From: Tubiluchus corallicola
Lineage: Eukaryota; Animalia; Priapulida
Assembly: GCA_030141605.1 (NCBI GenBank)
Contig: JAQGDQ010000280.1
Location: 239,887-303,886, forward strand
Direction: 5' to 3'
Length of the DNA stretch: 64,000 nt
The position numbers were made by a program, and so were the translations under genes. The notes below the pieces were generated by a model, which saw nothing but the letters and a program-made list of their open reading frames with translations, made no database searches and had not been told where the DNA came from. Position 1 is the first letter of the stretch. Every line of letters starts with the position of its first letter. Positions 1 to 13,420 of the stretch are shown piece after piece.

Positions 1-1099
1 TCCTGCACGCAAAAAGGCAGTTTGTAGGTGATATAAAATTTCAAAACGAATTTTTTAAACTTTATGTTTATGAAGGGTTTTCTTGTGGAGATAGAGTAGT
101 GTTTATATTAGTCTCGGGTGTAATCGTTACATCAGTGGAACAAAAAGTGAGTTTTCTAACTTTCTCTGCTCTAGTGTACATAGTCACCTACTCACAATGA
201 AAATTTTACATTAACACGACATCAAACACGTGCTTAGCTTAAGGCTGTAAACTAATTTCACACTTGGGTTGGCTTTCTACTAATGCACCAGGCACATACA
301 ACCGATGACAGTATAACAAACAAGTTGCAAACAACAGTTAAATGTAGGGAGGGTACTAATCCTAACCTATATAAAATGACAATGTTAAAAATGCTTGAAA
401 ATAAAGATTCCGAGACTTCCCACGCAGCAAAAGATGTCAAAAATTCTTTTAATTTTTTCAGAAGTTTTTTCTCAGATAAAAAATTCTTTTAAACGTAACA
501 GGTATTTTGACATCCTTTGCAGTTATGATCATGTCAAGTTACTGTTACGGTCTTGCAACTTCTTTACGGTTACCAAACGTTAAAACTTTTTGTACTGGAA
601 ATCCGGCATTGGCGTGCTTTGCGGCCTTCGCTTGCTGTTGGCGTTGGCCACCTTGTGGTGATTTTTTGGCCTGGACACGTGATCAGTTTTTGATCGGTGT
701 CAGACGCGTGAAGAAGTGAGGACGTGTCATGGTGGTGGATTAAATGTTGTCGTTGTCTGTTGCAATTGCTTATGATTTGGGGCTAAAAACATGGAATGAT
801 ACGTTTTGGTAAATAAAGAAGGAAGAAAGAGCAAAATGTAATCTAGCTTCAAATTTGGTTTTGAAAGCCCAAACAATTCCATGTTTTAAACGACCTTGAC
901 AATCAACAAGCTCGGCAGCCATTTTGTACAGTTGGCCTACGTGGACAGCATAGTATGCTATAAACTGGTGCGTGAACCTACTTTGCATATAGGGCGGCCT
1001 TTTCTTTAACGCTGTAAATTAGCTGGTGCAGACGGCCAACCCGGTGGTATAGAGACAGTCGGTTTTAAAGAGTCGTCAACACGGCAAACTGGCACTGAT

Positions 1100-1985
1100 G
1101 ACGGGCGTGCTACTTGTTGGAGCTTCAACTTCTGCAAGTGTTTAAGAACATCTACAAGGTCCATGAGCAAAGGCAGCAAAGACAGTGCAAAAAAGCGGAA
1201 GAGTCAAGAGCTGAAAATTCGTGAACAGGAACTCAAACTTCAAGGCCATGAAGCTGAGACACGAACGCCTGCAGGTAGAGATGGCTTCAGTTGGTGGCGC
1301 TTATGACGATGACAGTCACGACGAGGTCGAGTCCAGGCAGGATGTGGCGCCATCTGCTGGTGAAAGCTGTAAACAGAAGGTAGCTGATTGGTTACAGACA
1401 TCCGACGTCCCTGCAAACGAGGTTTCAAATAATGTCCCAGAAGAGCATCTTGGCAAATGCATTAAGAATCTTATGCTCGACTTTCCTCCTGAAGAACGAG
1501 CTTTAGGTGTCAAGTGGGATGTAGACAGTGGCAGGTTTGTCATACAAGTAAAGCAGAGAGAACATGCTGACATGAAACGCGGTCTTTTAAGTTCTCTTGC
1601 ATCTGTCTATGACCCTCTCGGGTTCGTAAATGCTTTCGTACTCCAGGCAAAATTGCTGTTTCAGGAGGAGTGCAGACTGCAGAAGCCTTGGGATGCCAAA
1701 CTTGAACACACTATTGAAGTTAAGTGGATTAAATGGATGTCTGACTGTGCACTTCTGGAGAATTTCAAAGTTAGACGTTGCATCGAACCACCAGACTTTG
1801 GAACGCCTGTATCTGTACACTTCAGAGGTCGCTTATGGAGCTGTATCCTATATACGCTTTGGAATAGGAGTGTGGAGATATTCATGTAGCTTTTCTGATG
1901 GCAAAATTGCGTCTTGCACCAATAAAGGGTCTTACGTCCCCACGATTTGAGCTCTGTGCTGCCCTACTGGCAGCTAAACTTGATG
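1100..1985 (+). mobile_element. BEL/Pao LTR retrotransposon fragment (probable gag N-terminus fused to pol RNase H / peptidase-A17 region)
   Basis: ORF 1221..1889 contains ERALGVKWD, KRGLLSSLASVYDPLGF and LQKPWD; SEVAYGAVSYIR follows in a shifted frame. These are typical Pao-family pol motifs. Confidence 0.88.
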
Positions 1986-3830
1986 GCGCATGCGTGTGCT
2001 GTAGTAAGTTGCTCAGAATTTTTCGTTGAAAAATTATTGATTCTTCGAGGTATCAGTTAATTTTTTAAACTGGATATTTTTGTGACACATTATGATGCCT
2101 GGAGGAGACGAAAATAAGCATAACAAGACGTCGAAATTGAATGCAAATAGTTCTGAAGTGAGAGTCAAGTATGAGCAGATACAGAATTCTATTTTTGATT
2201 TAAAGACAGAAGTCAATGAGATTACGTCAAGCCAACAGTATATCTCAGATCGCTTTGACATTTTTGAGAAATCCATGACAGATGTTTCTGCAAAATGTGA
2301 AAACTTTGCTCCGAAAATGCTGCTCTAAAAAGTACAGTTTGTTCTCTTCAAGGGGAAATTAGAAAACTTCACGGAAAGCAGGATGACCTTGAACAATATG
2401 AAAGGCGAGATTTTCTCATTTTTACTGGTGTACCTGTTACCAGGGACGAAGATACATCCAATATTGTAGAGCGACTTGCTTATTATATAGGAGTAAATGT
2501 GACATGCAAGGATATAAGTATTTCACATCGCCTCAAAGCAAGGAATGATGGAAAGCCACCATCCATTATTGCAAAATTCATACGCAGAGAAACAAGAGAT
2601 GAACTGTATGCGAGGCACAAGAATAAAATTACTGCACACCAGTTAGGATTCTCTGCCACCCACCTAATCTACATTAATGAAAGTCTTACGCCACAACGAC
2701 GTGATCTGTACAAGAGTTGTTTGGACTTCAAGAAGGCGCACAACTATACGTTCCTGCGGACTCGAAATGGCAGTATCTATCTACGTAAGGCAGAGTCTAC
2801 TGAGGTCATCAATATCTGTTCGAAAAATGACTTGGATAAATTAACGTAAATGCTGGTATGGTTTAATTTAAAGTATTATACCTAGTATTGATGGCTACGA
2901 AAATTAAATGGCTACTAGGCAGTATTATTCTACTTTTTGTGATAAACAAATTAAAAGTAATCAAGCTGCAAATTTCTGTGACATCTGTCTAGAGTGGTAC
3001 CATCATAACACTTAATGACTTCTACGCTTTAGGTCAAACAAATGAACCATTTTACTGTGTTACTTGCTTAAAAGCAGTCTTCCCATTCCAATATTCGGAA
3101 GACACAGAGATTCAGGAATTTTTTCAGCTTGATTTTGTACTTAATTCAATTAGTAATTTACCTAATTTAACTGAGTTTTCTACTCTAAGTTCTTTTTCAA
3201 ACGATGAGCTTGACCCCAATAATATCCTACCAACATATGACAGTCCATACTTTAAGCTTGATACGCTTTGTAGCAATACAGAACTGAAATCAATAAATGC
3301 TGATTTCAGTTTTGTGCATTTTAATACTAGCAGCCTCCATGGGCACTTTACCAATATGTATGATGTTATTAAACATTTCCAACAAAAACCACAGATCATA
3401 GCAATCTCTGAAACAAGGATTACTCCGAATACCACATTTTTATGTAATATACCTGGTTATACTTTTATACATCATGACTCAAACACACATGCTGGGGGGA
3501 TTGGCCTATTATAAGCAATCTGTTGAACTTCTCGGAAAATACAGAATTAAAAATAAATTCCAACACAAATATGCAAGTCGAAAATCTTTGGATTAACATC
3601 GAAACCAAATCTAAAACAAAAAACATAATTTTTGCTGTTATATATAGGCACCCCAACACTGACGTATTGCCCTTTCATATAGAGAGGAGCGTAAACAGGC
3701 ATACATTAACAGATCAGCCGTGAAATGTTACATATGTGGAGATATAAATATTAACTTGCTACAGCACGAAGACATTGCTGACTATATCTCCATGTTATTT
3801 TCTAACTATTTTGTACCAGTAATTACAATA
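1985..3830 (+). mobile_element. CR1/L2-group LINE 5' half: ORF1, PHD-like region and AP-endonuclease, disrupted
   Basis: ORF1 has a coiled coil, DDLEQYERR, DISISHRL and IYINESLTP..RTRNGSIYLRK. Then CDICLEWYH..FYCVTC, and endonuclease motifs HFNTSSL, IIAISET, VIYRHPN, ICGDININL. Confidence 0.88.
2092..2849 (+). pseudogene. LINE ORF1 with one frameshift near 2302
   Basis: ORFs 2092..2328 and 2499..2849 join if one A is restored, as in the mirror copy (54588..55163). Confidence 0.85.
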
Positions 3831-4940
3831 TTAGGAATTGCTAGAAAGTTCTTGGCTACAATCAAAAACTACTTGTTGAGTCGATCATTCTGTATCAGTG
3901 TAGGTTAATTCTGTTCTCAAAAGTATAACAGTAATATTGGCCTCCCACAAGGCTCTGTCCTTTCACCTCTGTTATTCATAATTTTCATCTCAGAAATGCT
4001 AAATGATGTAAGAACCAATAAAATGGCAGACGTCTTTAAATACGCAGACGATGACACATTTCACGCATCTAAAACAAACTCTGATGAGTGTCGTAATACT
4101 GCGCAAATTTGTTGTAATAAGTTACATCTATGGTGTAAAAAATGGCGGCTGAAAGTCAACTGTAATAGGAATAAAACGGAAGTTATGGTCATGGGGTCTA
4201 CGCAAGATATAGTAAATAATAATTTGCCTAAATTAAAAATTGGTGATAATGAAATTGAATATGTTCAAAATAGTACAGTACTGGGTATCACTATTGATAG
4301 TAATCTGAAATTTGATTGTTATACCAATAGAGTTAGGAAAAATGCCTGGCACAAATGGACACAAATTAAGCAACTGTGTTTTAAATACAGAGGAATGAGA
4401 ATGGCAACTATTACACAACTGTTTAAAACATTTGTACTACCTGTTATACTATACAGTGCCAGTGTTTGGTTAGCTAAAAAACATTCATTATTTGATGACT
4501 TGTATTATGATGTCCTCCGAACTGCAATGGGTTCATCCTTTAAACCTTGCAGGGTATTGTTAGAAATTTTATGTGGGTTGCCTCCTTTATCAATCGAAAT
4601 GAAAGCTCATAATGTAAGATTCCTAAGTAAAATATTGCAGAATGGTGATGATGATCTAGTTAAGAAAGAACTTTTGTATATATTTAATACTAACTTTTAT
4701 CTGTCATATAACCACTTTGTAAAATATTATGCTAGAGATTTAAGCCAATTTTTAGCTACTACTAGAGATGCAGGGCAAATTAACAACGAAGAACTTTCTA
4801 TAGTTAATTGGTCTGTTACAAAATCTGATCTGGATAAATTCAAGCAAACCAATTTGTCCATGAGGTCTGAAACTATTGGACAACTGAGTGGGCAGATGTT
4901 TTTGGTGGTAGAGATTTTCACAAAGTTTGGTGACAATTAA
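3830..4940 (+). mobile_element. Non-LTR retrotransposon reverse transcriptase, C-terminal half
   Basis: GLPQGSVLSPLLFIIFI, KYADDDT, NKTEVM, LGITIDSNLKF. Confidence 0.9.
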
Positions 4941-5399
4941 GACTTTGTCTCATTGCTGTGTTCGTATTGTTGGGAAATGCTATTGGTGCACCGACAAACC
5001 GTTGAGAGGCGGATCCATGTTTGAGGTGACGAGGCACCCCCAGTACGGTAACAATCCAGAGACTGTAAGTTGCACGATTTAGTATTTGCGTATCTGATGT
5101 TAGCAGTTGGTGGTGCTTCTGATCATATGGGCTGGTGGCGTGTAGTTAGGCAAATAGGTATTTGACCCAGTTTTAGTTAGGTTTAGCTGTTGTGCATTAT
5201 TTCCGAATTTATTTGTTAGTTTATCGACCTGATACTGTAATTTAAGAAGATAGTGTAATATTTAGCTCATTCAAACGTAGCTAAATTAGTGTTTGACTAA
5301 TGGTAGTGTTTTTTACATACATTTTTGTTTGTTTGCTTAATAATTATTTATACAATATTTATGCAATTAATTGTTTGTGGATTAGTTGGCTACGCATCG

Positions 5400-6928
5400 T
5401 CGTTTGCATTATCACAGTGAGTACAACAGATTACTCCAAGCAAGAAGAGACACACGTGATTCATACCAAAAACGCTGTAAATTTTGTGGAAAACGACATG
5501 TTTTTGGTCGTGATAGTTGCCCTGCATATGGTAAGCAGTGTTCTAAGTGTAAGCAATGGAATCACTTCCAAGTCAAATGTGATTCTCTTAGAAAATCTGC
5601 ATCACATAGTAGAAAAAGAAATGTGCACACCCTTAATCAGCAGTTTTGTGATCTACAGTGTAGTGACTCAGATTCTGATAGTGAAAATTTGGAAAACTAC
5701 TGGAGTGTGCAAGCGCTTCATTCTTCAAGGGTGAAACCTGGAAATAAATTTTTTGCTACGATGCTGGTGAGTAAGAAACCTATTCGTTTTCTGATTGATA
5801 GTGCTGCAACAAGCAATGTGATACCAGCCAATTTTCTGCCTTCCAATCAGTTGATTGATCATAGTGAGAGAAAACTGCTTTACACGTATGACGGAGGAAC
5901 AACCTTGTGTTGTTAAAATGATAAATCCTAAAAATGGTGGAAAGTATAAAGTGTAAGGTAAACTTCCTGGAAAACTGCACCTAGAAGTAGATTCTAATGT
6001 ACCCTCTGTAGTACATCCACCTAGACGTGTACCTGTTGCTTTGAAGGATGACTTAAAGAGTGAACTAGATAAACTTGAATCTCAAGAAATTCTTTCTAAA
6101 GTCAACACTCCTACAGATTTCGTATCTAGCCTCCTTGTTCTACGAAAATCAAACAACAAGCTGAGAGTCTGTATAGATCCTCAGGATCTAAATAAAGCTT
6201 TGAGGTGAAACCACTATCCTTTAAAGACTACTGAGGATGTCTTGCCAGATTTGAGTAAGGCCAAAGTCTTCAGTATTTTTGATGCCAAGAATGGATTTTG
6301 GCAAGTGGAACTAGATGAATCTAGCTCTTACTTAACCACTTTCAATACACCTTTCGGACGTTATCGTTGGCGACGTATGCCTTTTGGCATATCGGTTGCT
6401 CCTGAAGAGTACCAACTCAGACAAGATGAGGCTCTAGAAAGTTTAAAGAATGTTATGAGTGTAGCAGACAATGTGCTAGTTATTGGCAACGGAGCGACAC
6501 TAGAAATTGCAAATAAGGACCATGATGAGAGAAAGCAGAGAGAAAAATTTAGTCTTAAGCAAAGAGAAAATTAAGCTGCGACAGAGTAAAGTACAGTTTA
6601 TTGGTCATGTATTAACAAGTGAAGGTCTGATGCCTGATCCAGACAATGTTAAGGCTATTGTAGAAATGCCTGCCCCACCAGATGTGTCTGGTGTACGGAG
6701 ACTTCTGGGATTAGTTAATTGTCGATCTAAATTTCTTCCTAACTTAAGTGACATGTGCAAGCCACTTAGAGAACTTACTGAGAAAAATGTACTGTGGCAC
6801 TGGGATGAAACCCAGGGGAAAGCTTTCCGAACTATAAAATCAGCTATCTCCCAGAAACCTGTACTGCGTTACTATGATCCTAAAGAAGAAGTCACCTTAC
6901 AATGCGATTCTTCTGAGAAAGGTCTTGG
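5400..6928 (+). mobile_element. Ty3/Gypsy gag-pol fragment (zinc knuckles, protease, RT, start of RNase H), degenerate
   Basis: CKFCGKRH..CPAYGKQCSKCKQWNHFQVKC; FLIDSAATSN; DAKNGFWQV..TFNTPFGRYRWRRMPFGI; catalytic motif degraded to VADN; LQCDSSEKGLG. Confidence 0.92.
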
Positions 6929-7450
6929 AACTTCAGACTCGAAGCAAATGGAACAAGGAGCAGAAGAATGTTGAAATAGGAGACATGGTATTAGTTCTGG
7001 ATGAGACACCAAGGGATCACTGGATGCTAAGACGGATCATTGAAGCACGAAAAAGCAGTGATGGACTAGTGAGAATTGTGACATTGAAGACTAGAGAAGA
7101 GACTCTAAAACGACTAATTCATAAAATAAATTTAATCGAATGTAATAATTAGTTGATTTTGTTAAGCATTCATAAGCTGTATGTTTAAGTTAAATTCTGA
7201 AGTAGAAGTATGTCAATTTAGTCAGTCATGATATGTTATTACACTGTTGGTTTCCTTTAATTTTGTAAATGCTGCAGGAGAGCATTTAAGGAGGCGGTGT
7301 TTTGGATATAAGCACGTGGTGCCTCCTGGTGTTTGTTTTTCCTAGTTTAGACAGGTGAGCTAGTTCAGGAAATAGGCCATTGGCCTCATTTCACAGTTAG
7401 GATATGAAAGTAGTGAGTCACCGGTATGCGGCAAAGATGTAAGTTTCATT
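6928..7450 (+). mobile_element. BEL/Pao integrase C-terminus, purine-rich tract and probable start of the 3' LTR
   Basis: LQTRSKW..VEIGDMVLV..PRDHWMLRRI..DGLVRIVTLKT..LKRLIHKI. Purine-rich aaggaggcgg is followed by TGT at about 7298. The LTR end is uncertain. Confidence 0.8.
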
Positions 7451-9614
7451 TCTTCACATTTCGTCATGTCATGTTATTGTTAATTATCATTATACCAGTT
7501 ACTTAATGTTGTGATGTTGGTTTAGCAGAAAGAATTTTTAATTTTATTTCAGTCGTTTATTATTTTTTAAATCCATGACAACATTTGCAAAGACTTGCGT
7601 TCACTCCAATTCCGTACTCACAGTGGTGATGTACTAAATCATCTTTATTTTGCTATTTACATCAAAAGGAGTGCAGGTCCTTATTCTCGGAGAAGCTGCT
7701 GAAGCTCAAATATTCCCAAACAATGTCACCATTTTCATGTACATATTCACGTCATCAGAGATGGCATATATCAATGCCGTGTGCCAGGAGAGATGTACAC
7801 TGATAGCAAGAATACGGTTAGACGAGTAAGTATCATCCAACAAATATGTAGAAATTGTGCAACTATTATTAGGTTATTAATAATTATTAGGAGCAGGCAT
7901 TATTACAGTAAAATATTAACAACATCATAAACACTTCTTGTTAGTTATATTGCTGAAATGGATAAAAATCTTGTAGACGAAGTGCTTATTGATTTTGTTT
8001 CTGTTGACCAGGAAAAACTCTTTGATATTTTGAAATGATATAACGATGGCTTCCTATTGAAACCTGCTGGCCAAAATGAGATTTTTCATGCAAATGCGAA
8101 ACGTAGCCCTTGGCATGTCTTGATAAAACCTGGCACTGTCTTCTCTACATTCTACGGGCTGAAATACAACAATAGAATAACCAGCTAAATCCAAGCACCA
8201 AAATTGTTTTGTAATGAGTACTGCTATATCCCTTTTGAAGCAAAGTGGGTGCAGACATTCTTAAAATGATGACAAAATGAAACCTGCCATGTTGCAAAGC
8301 AGCTATGTGATTGGTTAATAAAAAAGACTGATGAGACCTGCTACGTAGATAACAATGCGTCCTGCATAGCAGACGGCTGCTGACCTTCAACAAGGTTACA
8401 AGGTATGGGAGTTGCTACAGTATTTTTAATGTTCAAATTATTAAACCTTATCCAATAAGTTCTGTTCTACTGAAGTGTCTATAAATTAGAATAGAAACTT
8501 GACATTCATTCAAGACAACTGAAAAAACATACAATTGTTTATTTATCACTCAAACTAACAATGCATATTATGGTGCATCAGCAGTAGTGAAGTGAATGTA
8601 ATTAGGCCTGTCTTGTCTGTCTGTGTGTTATTAATTTTGATAGTAAATGGCTTGCTTGGCTTGCATTGCTGTATGTGTTCTTTCATTTCATCATCTCCTC
8701 ACCCCTGTCACTTAAAATGGTTTGTACTTACCCGTTGGAATGCTTCCTTTGCTTATGTAGAAAAAGCAATACCTGTTCTGGACAGTTAAGTTGATACTTT
8801 TCACTGGTACAGACGTTAGTTGTTGGTCTGACCAGTGGGCATGTTCCAGTATACCTGTAGTTAACGTATTCGTCTGGAAAGGCTGGTACACGATCTGTGA
8901 TGTAACTTCTTTACCATGGAGAACTGAGCTAAGTGCTGTTTTGGCCAAAAGGACAGTGTTCCTGTTGTATAGACCATCTTTCTCAGTCTCGTTGCTGTTG
9001 CTGTTACATGGTTTGAAGAGCTGGTCAAGCCACAGAAGTGTGATGTTATTCCAGTCAGCTGTTGGTACGTTGGTGTAGTAGACTACAAGAGGGTTGCTGG
9101 AAGCTGTTGATTAGCTGTCGTCATCTGCATTGTTATGGCTCATGGAGGATCGTCATGTTGCCGGCGTCAGCATTGTCATTGTGGGACGATCGTCAAGTTG
9201 TGCACAACATCGTCATGAACATTCAGATAAGTTATGCGCATTCATTTTCCTATCCTCATCTTTCCTTGGGGGTATTCACAGCAAGCCACAAGTAGTAATT
9301 TTGAGCTCTTATTGTTGACTTGTTGTTGTGCTCTTCTTTTGTAATAATTATAGCTTTAAAATTTATGTTTCATCTTGTTTTGTTTTTAACTAAACAGCCT
9401 TAAAAAACAGCAGACGAACCCGTGAAAATACATGTAGTATATTTTCCTGATCATTATATAAAAATTAAAAATGCAATAGCCTCAAAACGTTACAATAGTG
9501 GCAGTAGTTATTTTGTTTTTAAGCAAATAAGCCTCGGCACGTTACAGTGTGTTTATCAAGTACAAAGTAGAGATTGTTATTATTAAATACTCTTTACAGT
9601 TTTATAGATAAGCC

Positions 9615-11370
9615 ATGAACCAATTCAGTAGAGGCAAAATGCTCATAGAGCTCAGCAGGAAACAGAATCTAGTGGCTGAAAAGACTTCAGAAGTGAAAAA
9701 TAGTAACAGTATTCATAGTCCATTAGATGCAACAGATACACAGCCAATAGAAGTCACCATAGAGAGCTTACTTGAGGAGTTGACTCGTGAAGAAGAGTTG
9801 ACAGACGTAGTTGAGGATATGGCCGTGGACACCTCTCTTGATGAGGACTTGTTTGGTCAGTCAGCAACAGCTGAAATTCTGCAAAAAGTGGATTATTTAG
9901 ATAATGATGCAATTGACTGTGGCGAGTCTTCCAACAGTGACCCCACATACAAACCAGAACCCGAAACCGAATCCGACTGTGGTGAGTCTTCCAACAGTGA
10001 CCCCATATACATACCAGAACCCGAAACCGAATCCGACTGTGGTGAGTCTTCCAACAGTGACCCCCAGATACATACCAGAACCCGAAACCGAATCCGACTG
10101 TGGTGAGTCTTCCAACAGTGACCCCCAGATACATACCAGAACCCGAATCCGAATCCGACTGTGGTGAGTCTTCCAACAGTGACCCCACATACATACCAGA
10201 ACCCGAAACCGACTGTGGTGAGTCTTCCAACAGTGACCCCACATACATACCAGAAACCGAATCCGACTGTGGTGAGTCTTCCAAAAGTGACCCCACATAC
10301 ATACCAGAACCGAAACCGACTGTGGTGAGTCTTCCAACAGTGACCCCACATACATACCAGAACCCGAAACCGAATCCGACTGTGGTGGGTCTTCCAACAG
10401 TGACCACACATACCAAACCGAATCCGACTGTGGTGAGTCTTCCAACAGTGACCCCACATACATACCAGAACCCGAAACCGAATCCGATGAAGAAGGGGCA
10501 AATAAAGTGCAAACAGGAAATAATCAGGCAGGGAAGAATCACTTTGCAAAACAAAAGGAGCTGGAATCTCACAAAAAAGATCTAAAAAGGCAAATCCAGA
10601 AAAATGGAAACAAAATGTTAATAAATCTCAGAGAGAAAAGGGAAAATCATATATCCGCCTGAAAAACATAAATGGTGAATCACGTAAAGTGAAAAAAGCT
10701 GAACGGAAAATTAAGCCACGGGGTAGTTGTCAAAACACCAAGTCAATGTTGTGTGGGGATTTCAGTGAAGAGGATAGGAGAAAAAATTTCACAACATCTG
10801 GGAAAACTTAATGTTGGGTGAACGGAAAATTTTCGTTAAAACAGTTGAGGCAGTACCAACAAAACGATGCCGAGCAGCAGGTGAAAATCCTGAAGAAGCT
10901 TAGCAATTCGATACTTAAAAAGGATGGGGAACACACACCCGTGTGCAGAATGATGTTTCTTTCCACTACAGGACTTGGTAGGTGGTCAGTCCAAAATTGG
11001 ACAGAATTCAGTCACTCCAAGAAATGCTGGAGTACGTTCAAAATATTATGATAGAGCCAACGAAGGGAGGGAATTCACGAGAACAGAATTTTTGGATAAG
11101 CTTCCCAAAATGTCTTCTCACTATTGCCGTGCTTCTTACAACCAAAAGTTATTTAGAAGCAGTAATATCAACCATGGCTAACCTGTACAAACTTTACAAA
11201 GAGAAATGAGAAGAACGAAATATAACATCATTATCACGACAAGTTCTTATTGATGAGAAGAACATAGCATTATTCCAACCTGGAAAAGATCAGTGTGATG
11301 TATGCGTGGGCCATGAGGCAGGAAATATAACAGAAGAAGAATGGCAGGAACACAGGAAAAAGAATTTTTT
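9615..11370 (+). mobile_element. DNA transposase remnant, probably Sola-like, N-terminal part with acidic repeat
   Basis: Frameshifted motifs VCRMMFLSTTG, FLDKLPKMSSHYCRAS and NIALFQPGKDQCDVC. The superfamily assignment is from motif recall only. Confidence 0.6.
9916..10487 (+). repeat. 60-bp tandem repeat, about 10 copies, encoding ESDCGESSNSDPTYIPEPET
   Basis: Unit gactgtggtgagtcttccaacagtgaccccacatacataccagaacccgaaaccgaatcc, with length variants. Confidence 0.95.
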
Positions 11371-12889
11371 GCATGTCACAAAGCAAACAACTAAACAGAT
11401 TTCACCGTATCAAAGAGTAACTGCAATAAAAGCCTGACTAGACATTGTTAGGATGTAATAAACTGAGCAAGCATGCACCTTGTGTTTGTACTCTTCTGTT
11501 TGTAAATTTGTAATTGTATTGGTTAGAAGAATTTTACCTAAAAGTTTATTTATAATCAGTCTGCAAAAGACAATGACATTAATGGCAAAAATCTAAAGTA
11601 CTTTCTGTTAAACCTATGAGCAATTTACCAACAGGTGACGCATTACTAAATGGGGCATGTAATTGACAATCAGAAAAGAGATGACAAAAATATCGAGAGA
11701 AACTTGAATTTGACTCGAAGCCGTAGGAATAACACGCAGATCCCAAGCTGCGTTTAGCCCCGCCTACTTTGATGACGCAACACATTTTTCTACAAACACT
11801 CGCTCTTTGGCTGCAAGACGCAAACAAAATTTAATGTTAAAAATATGGAGAATGAATTCACTTTCTGCGAATTCTAACTGATTCCTGAAAACGAGTGCTT
11901 ATAATTATAAAAATAAATTATCCAGACATTCGTTACAAAGAGAACTAAATTGTTACATGCAGATCTATGTGCAGAATATATATTATAGCACCTCATTGTA
12001 CTGCAAACACAACAACTTTGCAGACTGATGTTAGTTTAGTATCAATTCCTCAGACAGACTTGAGTAATTTTTGCAAGGATACATATTATGAACAGTATAA
12101 TGTTGTTAATGTGTTTGCTAGTTCAGAATGTCAGTTAGGCCTATCTAGTACTCTGTGCAGTGAGCCTAGAATTCTAACTTATGATGTTGATAATAATGCG
12201 GAAGGCAGAGATAAATCTTGCGTGAATATATTGCCTATTTCGCAGCAAGCTGCTTCTGAAAATTTAATTGAGCCAGCTGCTGGCAAACTGCCAAATGTTA
12301 CAAAACGTCTTTACTGGCGCGATTGTTTCTGAAGCTTCTACAGCAGACAATGAATTTGCGCTTCAGGAATTCGCGACCGCAAACAATTTTGAAGGGCAAA
12401 GGGGAGAACGGTCAGGTTTTAGTAGTGATTACACAGCTTTAACACACAATAGTTTAATAGCGCAATCGCAAGCTAGTTTTGAAACAAACGTTAATCCGAT
12501 AGTCATGTCAAGCATAACTAATGATAGTTATCATTTATACTGGGTAGAAATACATGTGCATAAGGGGAGCAAGTTGAAGGCATTTCGTCCAATGAGACCA
12601 CTTTGCAAGTTTACAATACAAACAAGTCAATGAGCAAGACAAAAAATTGTACATGTGAACTCTCTAAATTCTGGGATTTCGATTCGTTGGAAATTGTTTT
12701 AACTTCGTTTTTATTTAAAACGTAAAATACAAATATGATAAAGCAATGGATTTTGTTAAATACAGTAGTCATTACTTGTATTTTTAAAAAATTTGTTCAC
12801 ATGTATATTCGACCATCTGTTGATTATTGTTTACCGCTCTCCGCCTCCTAGCGCCATCTATCTTACAAAAATACAAACTTATACAGTAA

Positions 12890-13420
12890 TTACCGATTCT
12901 TTCAGTAATTTAACAAAGGCAGAAGAAGAGGCGATTGTAGAAGACCATTTTAATAGAACTGCTTACATTGTGAACGGTCGGTTCAGAATTTCTTGGCCAG
13001 TTCGTGATAGAGATAAGTTAGCCAAGCTCCCCACGAATCTTGATTTGTGCAAAGCACGCTTACAGAATGTTGTATTTAGACTTAAGCAAAATCCAACACG
13101 TTTACAAGCATACAACAAAATCTTTCAACAGCAGTTACAGGATGCTATAATAGAAAAGTGTAACCGAAATTTCCCTGCAGGAAAGCCATTAACTTACCTT
13201 CCTCACACCTGTCTTAAAACATAGCCAGACTTCACCATTACATATAGTTTTTAATGCGAGTTGTAAGAAGAAAAGGTCGGTGTTATCAGTGTTATCAAAT
13301 GATTGTTTGTATACTGGCGCAAATCATCTTCAAATTTTAGCAGCTCTTTTGATTAGGTTTATGATACACAAGTATATCTTGATGGGTGATTTATCTAAGG
13401 CGTTCTTACAAATCGAGCAG
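12890..13420 (+). mobile_element. BEL/Pao reverse transcriptase fragment
   Basis: NGRFRISWP..LPTNLDLCKARL..YNKIFQQQLQDAIIEK..YLPH, then IVFNASC, NDCLYTG and GDLSKAFLQI. Confidence 0.85.

Noticed and set aside
3996-4940. Intact or domesticated reverse transcriptase gene
   Set aside because: Lacks the N-terminal RT motifs, has an upstream stop, and its 3' end runs into unrelated sequence.
7600-9320. Short ORFs as candidate host exons
   Set aside because: No recognisable motifs, frequent stops and no coherent splice structure.
9916-10487. CRISPR-like array
   Set aside because: Whole 60-bp units repeat without variable spacers; it is a coding minisatellite in a eukaryotic context.
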